A stretch of 64,000 nt of DNA from Alphaproteobacteria bacterium (lineage in GTDB: Bacteria > Pseudomonadota > Alphaproteobacteria > Micavibrionales > Micavibrionaceae), in contig JBNKRZ010000013.1 of the NCBI GenBank assembly GCA_050297015.1, positions 3,676 to 67,675 on the forward strand, in the 5' to 3' direction. The notes below the pieces were generated by a model. That model was not told the DNA's origin, ran no database searches, and was given only the letters and a program-made list of their open reading frames with translations. Made by a program: the position numbers and the translations under genes. Below are positions 35,950 through 45,013 of this stretch, piece by piece. The number at the start of each line of letters is the position of its first letter. Position 1 is the first letter of the stretch.

Positions 35950-37104
35950 TTATTCGCCGCCTGAAGCCAGAAGCAGATACCAGCGCCGTTCGATTGTGCC
36001 TTGTTCAAATTCGATTCGGGCGGCTTCCGCCATTGTTCGGCCATAGGCAGGGACCAGGCGTTGAATGTTGGATTGCCACTCTGTAAAGTCCATGTCGAGG
36101 AGTTTTTCTCGTACCTCATCAGGGAAAATCATGAATTCACGAATCCCGCACCGTCCACCGCCGACACGGGGGACCAGCGCTTGTGTTACGATCAGACGTA
36201 GCGTTTCCATCATCGCATAGGCCCGCTCGGCGCGTTCATTCGGATCGAAGGACGAAATCATCCGCTGAACGGTGGCCGCAACGCCAGTGGTGTGTGTCGT
36301 TGTGTAAACGGCATGCCCTGTTTGCGCCGCTTCAATGGCGGCGGATATTGTTTCCCTATCACGCGCCTCCCCGACGAGGATCACTTCCGGTTTGCGGCGT
36401 AAGGCATTCCGAACGCCGTGAGCAAAGTTGGGGAGGTGCCGGGGAATTTCTGTTTGAGACACGAGTGAGCGCGGGCTTTTTATCGCATCGTACACATATT
36501 CAATAGGCGCTTCGTAGGTAAGCATTTTTCCGCAGCCGTGTGGCCGTTCCAGTAGCATACGATTCCCGGCGGCCAGAAGGGTACTTTTCCCGGAACCCGT
36601 GGGACCGGTGATAACAACAAGTCCTTGCCGAGGGGACCAGTTCGCCCGGATTTCTTCTTCGATTCCCAAATCATCCATACTGGGGGGGACGTTGGGAAGA
36701 ACCCGCATGGTAATCTGTGCGCCGTCGCGGCCTTGCGAGAGGATAGCTGTGATATTTACACGAAAACGAATTCTTGTGTAGCGGTCGGGACGGATTTCGT
36801 AGGACATATCAAGATCCTTACCGCTGGCAAGACGGGCTTGCGCTTCCGGGCCGTAAATGGTGTTTAGAATGATCGCCATATCTGCGGCATCTAGAGGGCG
36901 GAAGGTTGCCGGGTATAAAACACCGCCGACTTCATGATAAATGGGCCGATCGGATTGAAATGTAATATCGGATGAATCTTGTTTCACAGACCAAAGCAGG
37001 AAGGGGTCTATGTCCTCTTCCCGTAGGCGCGACGGCTCATCAGGCCATGTGCGTCCTTTGGTATCCGATGCTTTTATAAGGGTTATCGGTTCGCGGGGTG
37101 CCAT
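35950..37104 (-). CDS. dotB: DotB (TraJ/PilT-like) T4BSS ATPase
   Basis: 384 aa with Walker A VITGPTGSGKSTLLAA, ILVGEARD and GHAVYTTTHT. Located directly downstream of dotC. Confidence 0.9.
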   Translation of the reverse strand: MAPREPITLIKASDTKGRTWPDEPSRLREEDIDPFLLWSVKQDSSDITFQSDRPIYHEVGGVLYPATFRPLDAADMAIILNTIYGPEAQARLASGKDLDMSYEIRPDRYTRIRFRVNITAILSQGRDGAQITMRVLPNVPPSMDDLGIEEEIRANWSPRQGLVVITGPTGSGKSTLLAAGNRMLLERPHGCGKMLTYEAPIEYVYDAIKSPRSLVSQTEIPRHLPNFAHGVRNALRRKPEVILVGEARDRETISAAIEAAQTGHAVYTTTHTTGVAATVQRMISSFDPNERAERAYAMMETLRLIVTQALVPRVGGGRCGIREFMIFPDEVREKLLDMDFTEWQSNIQRLVPAYGRTMAEAARIEFEQGTIERRWYLLLASGGE

Positions 37105-37931
37105 GTTTCCGCTCCGGGTACAAAGGAGGGCATGCCCGTGAGCTGTATAGCACGGTCCCCAATTCTCAAAGTTGTTGCGCTGCCCGTTACACCACGGTCA
37201 ACTTGCAGGGTATAAGGGGGAGAGACCATGCCTTGCGCAAGAAGCATACGGTAACGGACCATGCCGCGATAGTCGGCTGTCAGGCGGTTTAGATCTTGTT
37301 CAAAGATTTCATTGGCTTGCTTTACGCCCTCGTTCCAACCTTGTCGGATCCACTTGACCCATTTTTTGCGTTCCTCTTTGTCGTTAGGGCGCAATATATC
37401 CGGTGGAGGCTCGACATTTCCCCAAGCCCGTTCCATATAGTTCCGCCAAGAACGGGGAGCTGTAACAATTCTGGCATTTTCACTGAAATTATAAATACGG
37501 TCAGCAACGGCAGCTTCACTGCCCGTGGTGTTGACAATCATGGCATTTATATCTTCTGAAATAATAGGAGGTTCAACGAGAAGGCCCGATGGTGCAGGAA
37601 TTAGAAGGTTTCTAAAATCAAACACACGATCCATGTAGCTCATATTTTGATTCATTTCCTGACGGATATAATAGGTTCGCCAAGCTAATCCTCCTCTGGC
37701 ACCGTATGAGAGTGCCGCCTCTTTTAAGGCTTCCCCACGAATATTAATCGGAAGGGCTAGATTTGAATTTTCGTCTATAATGTTTATTTTGGGAATGCTT
37801 TCCAGATCGGATAATTCCGGCGGTGGTGTGAATTCAGAGTCAAGATTCTCACCAGCATAAACGCCGCCGCCGACAAAAAGGAAAGATGTTAAAATGAGCG
37901 CAAAAAACAGTTTATGATGGAAAATAGGCAC
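37083..37931 (-). CDS. dotC: DotC (TraI-like) T4BSS outer-membrane lipoprotein
   Basis: 282 aa. LKEAALSYGARGGLAWRTYYI, YRMLLAQGMVSPPY and RGVTG match remembered Legionella DotC blocks. Confidence 0.85.
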   Translation of the reverse strand: MPIFHHKLFFALILTSFLFVGGGVYAGENLDSEFTPPPELSDLESIPKINIIDENSNLALPINIRGEALKEAALSYGARGGLAWRTYYIRQEMNQNMSYMDRVFDFRNLLIPAPSGLLVEPPIISEDINAMIVNTTGSEAAVADRIYNFSENARIVTAPRSWRNYMERAWGNVEPPPDILRPNDKEERKKWVKWIRQGWNEGVKQANEIFEQDLNRLTADYRGMVRYRMLLAQGMVSPPYTLQVDRGVTGSATTLRIGDRAIQLTGMPSFVPGAETWHPANR

Positions 37932-37937
37932 GGATTT

Positions 37938-38450
37938 TTATCCCCCTATACCAGTGTTAGGTGCATAGTGAACCTCAACCATTTTCCGGGCTGCATCAAC
38001 TTTGATATCGGCGCGCATGCCCAGTTGAAGTCCGATGCTGCGTAAAATATCTATAACCGGTTTATTCTCAGCATCGACGGAAACGACCAGAGGGATAGGG
38101 GGAGGATTTCCTAGAATTTGAAAGGTGTAACCGGCGCGGTCTGAAAGCTGTTTGGTTATCGGTTCAACGGGTCCCACCCAATTAACCGTAACGGCACGGT
38201 TTAACTCTGGTGGGACATCGGTTGCCGGACCCACAGCTATGCCGGGCGCGCGTGCTTGTTCAACGGCGGCCAGAGTTTCAAGCGCTGTTGATGCTTTATC
38301 GGCAGCTTCCGCCAGCATAAGAGAGACACTGTCCGGCGTCGCGACCAATTGTGGCGGATCAACTCTTTTGGATGAACAGCCGGAAACCAAAAGCGCGACG
38401 GGCATCAAAAGTGTCAAAGAAAACCGTGAAAGCTTAGATAACATACGCAA
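37938..38450 (-). CDS. dotD: DotD (TraH-like) T4BSS lipoprotein
   Basis: 170 aa with lipobox LVSGCSS. MLAEAADKASTALETLAAVE, VTVNWVGPVEPITKQL, IPLVVSVDAENKPVIDILRSIG and MVEVHYA parallel Legionella DotD. Confidence 0.8.
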   Translation of the reverse strand: MRMLSKLSRFSLTLLMPVALLVSGCSSKRVDPPQLVATPDSVSLMLAEAADKASTALETLAAVEQARAPGIAVGPATDVPPELNRAVTVNWVGPVEPITKQLSDRAGYTFQILGNPPPIPLVVSVDAENKPVIDILRSIGLQLGMRADIKVDAARKMVEVHYAPNTGIGG

Positions 38451-38593
38451 AACCCCAAAACGATATAAAACAGGACTAGCCTATCATTCAAAACAGAAGA
38501 CTATAATGTCTTTCGAATCTATCCTTTCATAAGAAAGAGGACAAGAGATCAATGCCGCTTATAAAAAAATATCAACAGGAACGCTGTGGATTA

Positions 38594-38998
38594 TTACTCA
38601 ATCAGACCGTGATTTTCCATTGAGGCCACAACACGTTCCTCATAAGCGTCGCCATAAAGCGGCGTGCGGGAATGATAATGGGATATGGCTTGAGATAAAT
38701 CCTGTGTCTCATCAAGGTGCGTTCGCAAAATCCAGGCCGCCACACCAATGTTTGTGCACGGATCATCTCTCACCCAGCGACGGGCTGTTTCATAATTAAC
38801 GCCCCAGTTTTTGGCGAGTTCCGGAACCCATAATGTGTTGATTTGCATCGGTCCCAGATCGTAGGAACCGTTTTTATTGGGGCCGACTTCTTGACCGACT
38901 CGTCCTGATTCAACCTGATAAATTCCCAGTAAGACAGCCGGAGGAAGGGCGTAAGTTTGTGAAGCTAGTAGCAGACAAGCCGCGATAACTTTTCCCAT
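38594..38998 (-). CDS. Lytic transglycosylase (SLT domain)
   Basis: 134 aa with a signal peptide. LLGIYQVESGRVGQEVGPNKNGSYDLGPMQIN carries the catalytic Glu and SLT motifs. Confidence 0.8.
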   Translation of the reverse strand: MGKVIAACLLLASQTYALPPAVLLGIYQVESGRVGQEVGPNKNGSYDLGPMQINTLWVPELAKNWGVNYETARRWVRDDPCTNIGVAAWILRTHLDETQDLSQAISHYHSRTPLYGDAYEERVVASMENHGLIE

Positions 38999-39001
38999 GG
39001 T

Positions 39002-39994
39002 TTAGTTTCCTTCCTCTTGTGTGCCGTCAGATTCTTTCGCGGGTTTGAAGAAAGACATCGGATTATAGGGGGCTTCTCCCTGTACGGGTTGTGCAGGTGT
39101 CTCAGGCTGTACGGGTTGTGTGGGTGTTTCGGGGGGCACCGGCTGCGCAGGCGCTTCAGACGGCAGCGGCTTTTCCTGAATCGCGACAGGTTGTGTAACC
39201 GTGCTTGAAGATATAGGAATGCTGCTTTGCGCGAGTACTTCCAGCATTTTTGCTCTGATATCAAAGGCTTTCCAAACGCTGTCGAGAGAAGGGGGCGTTT
39301 CTTCCCGGTTGTTTGTCGTGCTCAGGCGCGTTGTTTCGGCTTGATGGCAAGAGGCGTAAATGGTGCAGAGTGTATTGAACAGTGCCAGCTCAGCGCGCTT
39401 GGTTTGTTGCGCTGTGTTTGTGGGGATATCCATATCGGCCAGCATTGTCTTTGCTTTTTGTGTTAAGCGTCCGGCTACATCCTGCGCCAGTTTTTGCTCC
39501 GGCAGGCCGAAAGAGAATGTGGCGATGCTGTTTATAACGGGAATAAGAGCATGGACGTATTGGATCGCTATCTGCGCATTGTCGCCGGGGGTGCCGGGGG
39601 TCATGTTTTCCAAGCGAATCGTGTTGTCCGCCGCCGGATCGAAATTGTCGGAAAAGGCCAGCGCAGCGTCAAGCGTTTGTGCAATAGCTTGTATATCTGA
39701 ATCGTCTGGTGTTTTGTTCCCGGTTTTATATTTGTGCGCGATTAGTGGTGAGACGAGTGCAGCAAGCGCCAGACGTAAAGCGTCCGTTTGCCCTTGTGCA
39801 TCGTTAATATCCATCTTGCTGGTTATTGATACACTGAGTTCCACCGCTTTTGTTAGAAGGAGCGCCATTTGTCGGGCTTCTTGCCCCGTTGTTTCATTGG
39901 TGCCGTCTTGAGGTGTGACTTCTATGACGGCGGACGAAAGGGGTGCGCCGAGTCTCTCAAGAAATTGCAGTATAAAGTCTGAACGTTGATCCAT
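39002..39994 (-). CDS. Hypothetical protein with C-terminal PETP(A/T)QPVQ repeats
   Basis: 330-aa ORF between the DsbC-like and SLT genes. No family recognised. Its C-terminal 9-aa repeats are encoded by 27-bp tandem repeats at 39080-39160. Confidence 0.5.
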   Translation of the reverse strand: MDQRSDFILQFLERLGAPLSSAVIEVTPQDGTNETTGQEARQMALLLTKAVELSVSITSKMDINDAQGQTDALRLALAALVSPLIAHKYKTGNKTPDDSDIQAIAQTLDAALAFSDNFDPAADNTIRLENMTPGTPGDNAQIAIQYVHALIPVINSIATFSFGLPEQKLAQDVAGRLTQKAKTMLADMDIPTNTAQQTKRAELALFNTLCTIYASCHQAETTRLSTTNNREETPPSLDSVWKAFDIRAKMLEVLAQSSIPISSSTVTQPVAIQEKPLPSEAPAQPVPPETPTQPVQPETPAQPVQGEAPYNPMSFFKPAKESDGTQEEGN

Positions 39995-40101
39995 GATTAA
40001 AGAATAAATAATTCGTGACGATACTATATAATTGTTAAAGCACTACCATTTCTGTCTACATACACCAACTGTGTCCCGGAAGACAAGGACGGTAGTCCCA
40101 T

Positions 40102-40995
40102 TTACTTGATTGTGGCGGTTTGTGCCGTGGCAGGCAAGTCCGCAATCAGGTCATCCACGTTTTTTGGAGGGCCGGGCATGATTTTTACCAAGCCGTCTTT
40201 CCCCCGGTAAATGGAAAGGGGGGTTGAATCGAATTTCCATGATTGCATGATAGAAAGGTTGCGCTCGACTCCTTGTGTGTTGATGGTGTTGCTGATGGGG
40301 AGGGCGTCCTTATCGCCGTCCACATGCGCCCACCAACGTTCTTGCGGGTCCGGGATGGCAAGAAGGAATGCCGCTTGTGATTTTGTATCCGGACGCCCGC
40401 CCACCGGGATGATGCGCATTTGTAGTTTGCCCGTTTCTATGTAGTCATGCCGTACTTTTTGGATGAAGGCGTGGCAATGCGGGCATTGCGGATCGATGAA
40501 AGTATAAATAATAGGTGCATTTTTATCGCCGAGAGGAATCCAGTTGCTGGCCTCGATATTACTGAAAAGCTGTTCTGCCGGTGTTTTAAAAGCTTTTTGT
40601 GTTTTTGTTGTCTTTGCGTCGTCTGGGGCGTCCAAACGCGAGGTGGCAAAGAAATCTATCGCGGCATCTTCATCTTTTTGGAGAGCGGCAATTTGATCTA
40701 GCGTAACCATTTTTCCATTTTTATCGAACAGGACACCGGATAATATGGCTTGCCTGTCAGCTGTGACATAGAAATATTGCTCTTGTCCGCCCTTAATGGC
40801 GAGCCAGCCGTCCAGCCCGTGCTCTCGTCCCAGATAACGCATTTGTGTGCCTTCAGCCGCAAGGTTTTTTAGCACTTCCGGCATAGGGGGTGTTTCACCT
40901 GTTTGCGCAAGAGCCGCCGTTGTCAGAAAAATGCAGGCGGCTCCCAAGGTTACGGAGCGGGCGATGGAGTGCAGGGAAAATAAGGTGAACGTCAT
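40102..40995 (-). CDS. Periplasmic thiol:disulfide oxidoreductase, DsbC/DsbG-like two-domain architecture (CPHC active site)
   Basis: 297 aa with a signal peptide, an N-terminal dimerisation-like domain and a thioredoxin fold with FIDPQCPHCHAF. Confidence 0.7.
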   Translation of the reverse strand: MTFTLFSLHSIARSVTLGAACIFLTTAALAQTGETPPMPEVLKNLAAEGTQMRYLGREHGLDGWLAIKGGQEQYFYVTADRQAILSGVLFDKNGKMVTLDQIAALQKDEDAAIDFFATSRLDAPDDAKTTKTQKAFKTPAEQLFSNIEASNWIPLGDKNAPIIYTFIDPQCPHCHAFIQKVRHDYIETGKLQMRIIPVGGRPDTKSQAAFLLAIPDPQERWWAHVDGDKDALPISNTINTQGVERNLSIMQSWKFDSTPLSIYRGKDGLVKIMPGPPKNVDDLIADLPATAQTATIK

Positions 40996-41053
40996 AAGAT
41001 AAAACCGTTGTTTCGTTTTTTTTCAAATTAAAATTTCAGGACAACCCCGTAAT

Positions 41054-42268
41054 TTACAAGAACAATATCAGGATTCCCGTATGGTCGTATAGATGTTGAT
41101 TGGAAATTTCACTATGGGCATAAAAGCCGGCAAGGGGGATTTCGCCGATAATTTCTCGAATTAACGCCAGTTCATTGTTGTGCATATCTTTGTCATTGTC
41201 GATCTGACGGGCGATGCATGAAATATATAGCCCGCCTTTGGGGGCAAAAATGCCGCCGTTTTCGGATTGTATGCGCCGGCGTAATACTGTCAGTTTGTGG
41301 GATAAATCTCCCTGTAGTGTTGTTTTGTCACGATGAACGAACATAACCTGTTCACCGTTATGGATTGTTTGCTCAAGGCTGATTAGCCCTTTATCGGGAT
41401 CAAGTCCTGTGATTCGGCGGACGATATAATCGCGGTTATCTGTGCCCGGCACGGGAAGGGCCGCATGTACTTCACCGTGCAGTGTGCTTTCCGGTGGCTG
41501 TATGGCTTTTTCATCTATGAAGTCCTGGATGTCTTTGCCGAGAATTTCGAAGATGGGACGATTATCAAGAGCTTTTATGTAGGGGCCTTCCTTTTCGGTT
41601 AGGGTATGAAAGGGGCCAATGGGGGCGCAGCCTTGTGAGATAGTTGTTGCGACAGGGAGTGCTGTGGAAAAGGCAGCGCCGGATAAACCGTTTTTGTTAA
41701 TGTCGTGAGCAAAATGTATGTTTTCTGCGCGTGAGGAGGCCATCCCTCCCACAATGAAACCTCCTGCCAAATCCCCCAATTGATTAAGGCGAAGAGCTGT
41801 CGGTTGGGTGTCGTTTGATGTGCCGTGCGTCAGAACCAGAAGGGCTTCATGCGTATTCAGCCAGAGTTTTAGAGAGGTGTTGTTTTCGATGGGGGCTGTG
41901 TCTGTGTTTTGAAATAGACAAAATTCTTCCTGTGGCAGGCGGCCAATCATAGCAACAATAGCGGGGCGGTCGGTATAATTCTCGTCGCAAGTGCAGACGC
42001 CGATTCCTGTCGCGCCAATCCAGTGTTCAATTTTGGTAACAGAGCGAAACAATGTCAGGATACTGGCGACGTCATCTGTCAGTTGATCGGTGATGTAGAG
42101 AAAGCCGATCGAAAAACCATCATTTTCCGTGCGGATTGATTCGAGCTGTTCGAGTACGGCACGCGCTGCATCGCGCCAGTCTGTCCCGGCGGCGGAGGCG
42201 CTTGCGAATTTTTCCGAAGTAAAAAGACTCATATTTCGACTATATAGCCGGAAGGAGTTGGAGGGCAA
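41054..42268 (-). CDS. FIST-domain-like sensory protein
   Basis: 404 aa, soluble. The overall pattern (…GFLYITDQL…WIGATGIGVC…; C-terminal …GFYAHSEIS) resembles FIST_N/FIST_C proteins from memory only. Confidence 0.45.
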   Translation of the reverse strand: MPSNSFRLYSRNMSLFTSEKFASASAAGTDWRDAARAVLEQLESIRTENDGFSIGFLYITDQLTDDVASILTLFRSVTKIEHWIGATGIGVCTCDENYTDRPAIVAMIGRLPQEEFCLFQNTDTAPIENNTSLKLWLNTHEALLVLTHGTSNDTQPTALRLNQLGDLAGGFIVGGMASSRAENIHFAHDINKNGLSGAAFSTALPVATTISQGCAPIGPFHTLTEKEGPYIKALDNRPIFEILGKDIQDFIDEKAIQPPESTLHGEVHAALPVPGTDNRDYIVRRITGLDPDKGLISLEQTIHNGEQVMFVHRDKTTLQGDLSHKLTVLRRRIQSENGGIFAPKGGLYISCIARQIDNDKDMHNNELALIREIIGEIPLAGFYAHSEISNQHLYDHTGILILFL

Positions 42269-42322
42269 GGCAAAGGCTGTTACAATCTTTAACGGTTTTT
42301 ATGAAAGAGAAGGAATGCTTAA

Positions 42323-42889
42323 ATGGATGCTGGAACAATCGTTTTAATTGTTATTCTCGGACTCGCAGGGCTTGCGATTGTACTTTACAACCGCCTCGTC
42401 GCGTTGCGCCAGACCCGCAATAACGCTTTCTCTGATATTGATGTTCAGCTCAAGCAGCGCTACAACCTCGTGCCGCAACTGGTTGAAACGGTTAAGGGCT
42501 ATGCCGGGCATGAAAAAGAAATATTTGAAAACGTGACCGAGGCACGGGCGCAGGTCGGCCGGGCTAGTGGTAGTGGCGCTGAGCGTGTGAAGGCTGAAGG
42601 GCTTTTGGGGGGCGCGATGATGAACCTGTTGGCTGTGGCGGAAAACTATCCCGACCTTAAGGCCGATCAGAATTTTCAAAAACTCATGGCGGAGCTGTCC
42701 GATATTGAGAACAAGATCGCCGCTGCGCGTCGTTTCTTTAATAATGCAACGAGTGAATATAACACATCCGTTCAGCAATTCCCCGCGAACCTTTTGGCCA
42801 ATATGTTTGGCTTTAAAGCGGAAACGTTCTTTGAGTTGGATGACGGTATGGAAGAAGTCGTACGTACGGCGCCGGAAGTGAAATTCTAA
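42323..42889 (+). CDS. lemA: LemA family protein
   Basis: 188 aa with an N-terminal TM and YNRLVALRQTRNNAFSDIDVQLKQRYNLVPQLVETVKGYAGHEKEIFENVTEAR. Confidence 0.9.
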   Translation: MDAGTIVLIVILGLAGLAIVLYNRLVALRQTRNNAFSDIDVQLKQRYNLVPQLVETVKGYAGHEKEIFENVTEARAQVGRASGSGAERVKAEGLLGGAMMNLLAVAENYPDLKADQNFQKLMAELSDIENKIAAARRFFNNATSEYNTSVQQFPANLLANMFGFKAETFFELDDGMEEVVRTAPEVKF

Positions 42890-42904
42890 ATGTAAGGAAT
42901 ATCC

Positions 42905-43927
42905 ATGCCTTTGGGCACGGTCGGACTTAGTACTCATATATGGAACAATAACGCGCGATCGGTGATGCTGATCGCGTTTTATCCCTTTGTCATTCTGGCG
43001 ATGCTCTGGGCTGTGGGGGCATTGATAGGCTATTTCTGGGAGGCGGGAATGACTGCTGATGTTGGTGCGCGCACGGTTGCATTTCGCATGGGGAATGGTT
43101 TTGTAATATCTTATTGGCCGGCGGTGTTCACGATTGTCGCTATCTGGTTCATGGTGGCTTATTTCTTTCAGGCAAAAATGGTGCGGGCGTTGTCTCACGC
43201 GCGGCCTGTAGAGCGAAAGGAAGAGCCGGAAATCTATAATCTGGTGGAGAATTTGTGCATTTCTCAAGGTGTTCCCATGCCGCGGCTGGAGATCATAGAA
43301 ACGGATGCTCGCAATGCTTTTGCCAGCGGCATTGATAATAGAAGCTATTGTATTACTGTGACGCGTGGGTTGTTGCGCGCTTTGGAAAAGGATGAGCTGG
43401 AGGCCGTTTTGGCTCATGAGCTAACTCATATTATTAACCGTGATGTGCGTTTGTTGATCGTGTCTGTGATCTTTACGGGGATGGTCGGTTTTCTGGCACA
43501 GCTGATGTGGAGCAATTTTCGCTACGGTCTCTATATGCGGAGCAGAGGGCGAAGAGATGGGCGCATAGTGATCTTTATGATGGCGGTGATGCTCATTTTA
43601 TGGATCGGTTATATGGTGACGGTGTTTACGCGCTTTGCGCTGTCGCGCCGGCGGGAATATATGGCCGATGCCGGTTCTGTTGCCATGACTAAAAACCCGG
43701 AGGCTATGATGCGCGCGCTTTTGCGGATTGCACAAAATGACCGCATACCAGAGGCTACAGGTGATATTGCGTTGATGTGTACGGCGAATTCCCGGCGTTT
43801 TTTAGGGCTGTTTACCACGCACCCGCCGATTGAAGAGCGCGTGCAAGCTATTGCGGCGGTTACCGGTACGCCTGTTCCCGTATTGGCGGCGGAGATTGAA
43901 GTGCCGCACAATCCGTGGCAGAGATGA
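42905..43927 (+). CDS. M48-family (HtpX-like) zinc metalloprotease
   Basis: 340 aa, multi-TM, with HExxH motif HELTHIINRD. Paired with lemA. Confidence 0.85.
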   Translation: MPLGTVGLSTHIWNNNARSVMLIAFYPFVILAMLWAVGALIGYFWEAGMTADVGARTVAFRMGNGFVISYWPAVFTIVAIWFMVAYFFQAKMVRALSHARPVERKEEPEIYNLVENLCISQGVPMPRLEIIETDARNAFASGIDNRSYCITVTRGLLRALEKDELEAVLAHELTHIINRDVRLLIVSVIFTGMVGFLAQLMWSNFRYGLYMRSRGRRDGRIVIFMMAVMLILWIGYMVTVFTRFALSRRREYMADAGSVAMTKNPEAMMRALLRIAQNDRIPEATGDIALMCTANSRRFLGLFTTHPPIEERVQAIAAVTGTPVPVLAAEIEVPHNPWQR

Positions 43928-44026
43928 GGGGTGATTTTGATCTACCCTTTGAAATAATCGTATAATGTACTATATAGGTTTTTAAATTAAGGTTTATCTG
44001 TAACGTTTTTTAAGGAGAAAAAACAA

Positions 44027-44734
44027 ATGCAACCTGAGAGATTTCAAACGCAGACGCAACAAACGCAGACGCGTACCTATGATGTAGGGCTGCGTGCTCA
44101 TATGCAGAGCGTTTATAATCGTATGACGTTGGGCGTTTTGGTTACGGCGCTCACGTCCTTTTTTGTGGCGTCCAGCCCGGCTTTATTGCAATTCTTTTTC
44201 AGCGGGCCGCAAATGTATATCGTTATGTTCGCGCCGTTGGCCGTTTTGTGGTTTGGCTTTAACCCGATGACTATGCCGGCCAGCAAGCTGCGGATCGGCT
44301 TTTTTGCGATTTGTGTGCTCTACGGTATCAGCTTTGCGGCAATCTTTGTTGCTTTCACGGGTGAGAGCATCGCACGGGCGTTCTTTATCGCGGCAGGTAT
44401 GTTCGCAGGATTGTCGATCTTTGGCTACACCACCAAGAAAAATCTCGATGGGCTCATGACGTTTGCTGTGATGGGGATTTGGGGCGTATTCTTGATGAGT
44501 ATTATCAACCTGTTTATCCGCAATGAAGGTATGTTTGATTTGATCTCCGGCGTTGGGATTATTGCTTTTGCCGGTATGACGGCATGGCAAACGCAGGCGG
44601 TGAAGGAAATGTATTCTCCGGCCAATGGTGGGGAGGCTAATTCCCGCATGGCTTGGGCGGCTGCACTAAATCTCTACATCAGCTTCATTGCGATGTTCCA
44701 GTACATCCTGCACTTTGTCGGGCAGAACCGCTAA
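44027..44734 (+). CDS. Bax inhibitor-1/YccA family membrane protein
   Basis: 235 aa with about 7 TM segments. Its length and hydrophobic pattern are typical of BI-1/YccA. Confidence 0.75.
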   Translation: MQPERFQTQTQQTQTRTYDVGLRAHMQSVYNRMTLGVLVTALTSFFVASSPALLQFFFSGPQMYIVMFAPLAVLWFGFNPMTMPASKLRIGFFAICVLYGISFAAIFVAFTGESIARAFFIAAGMFAGLSIFGYTTKKNLDGLMTFAVMGIWGVFLMSIINLFIRNEGMFDLISGVGIIAFAGMTAWQTQAVKEMYSPANGGEANSRMAWAAALNLYISFIAMFQYILHFVGQNR

Positions 44735-44760
44735 GGGTGGCATTGTTTTAAGTTTCAAGG

Positions 44761-44788
44761 GGCCGGGCGCGATTGTCCGGCCTTTTTT
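44761..44788 (+). terminator. Rho-independent terminator after the BI-1 gene
   Basis: GGCCGG-gcgcgattgt-CCGGCC followed by TTTTTT. Confidence 0.7.
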
Positions 44789-44849
44789 GTTTTTTATGCT
44801 GGACAGCGTGCGGGAAAGTTTTTATGTTCCTTTCACCTTTCTTTTGGAG

Positions 44850-44925
44850 GGGCCCGTAGCTCAGTTGGTAGAGCGCTACAATGGCATTGTAGAGGTCGTC
44901 AGTTCGATCCTGATCGGGTCCACCA
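44850..44925 (+). tRNA. tRNA-Ala (anticodon GGC), CCA encoded
   Basis: Folded by hand: acceptor GGGCCCG/CGGGTCC with the G3:U70 alanine identity pair, D arm GCTC/GAGC, anticodon stem CTACA/TGTAG with loop ATGGCAT, T arm GTCAG-TTCGATC-CTGAT, 3' ACCA. Confidence 0.95.
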
Positions 44926-44951
44926 TTCTTTTCAAAACAATCAGAGGCAAG

Positions 44952-44986
44952 AAAAACGCCCGCCCCAAACAAAGCAGGGCAGGCGC
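44952..44986 (-). terminator. Rho-independent terminator downstream of the chemoreceptor gene
   Basis: On the minus strand: GCGCCTGCCC-tgctttgttt-GGGGCGGGCG followed by TTTTT (one mismatch in the stem). Confidence 0.55.
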
Positions 44987-45013
44987 TAAAACGGTAGAAA
45001 AATATTTGCGCCT

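Noticed and set aside
42344-43417. 357-aa minus-strand ORF
   Set aside because: It is antisense to lemA and the M48 protease, both of which have clear family motifs. The antisense product is Arg/His-rich low-complexity sequence typical of shadow ORFs.
44850-44925. tRNA-Ala as the attachment site of a genomic island carrying the T4BSS
   Set aside because: No integrase is adjacent, and I noticed no direct repeat of the tRNA 3' end. Ordinary genes (FIST, lemA, M48 protease, BI-1) separate it from the T4BSS block.
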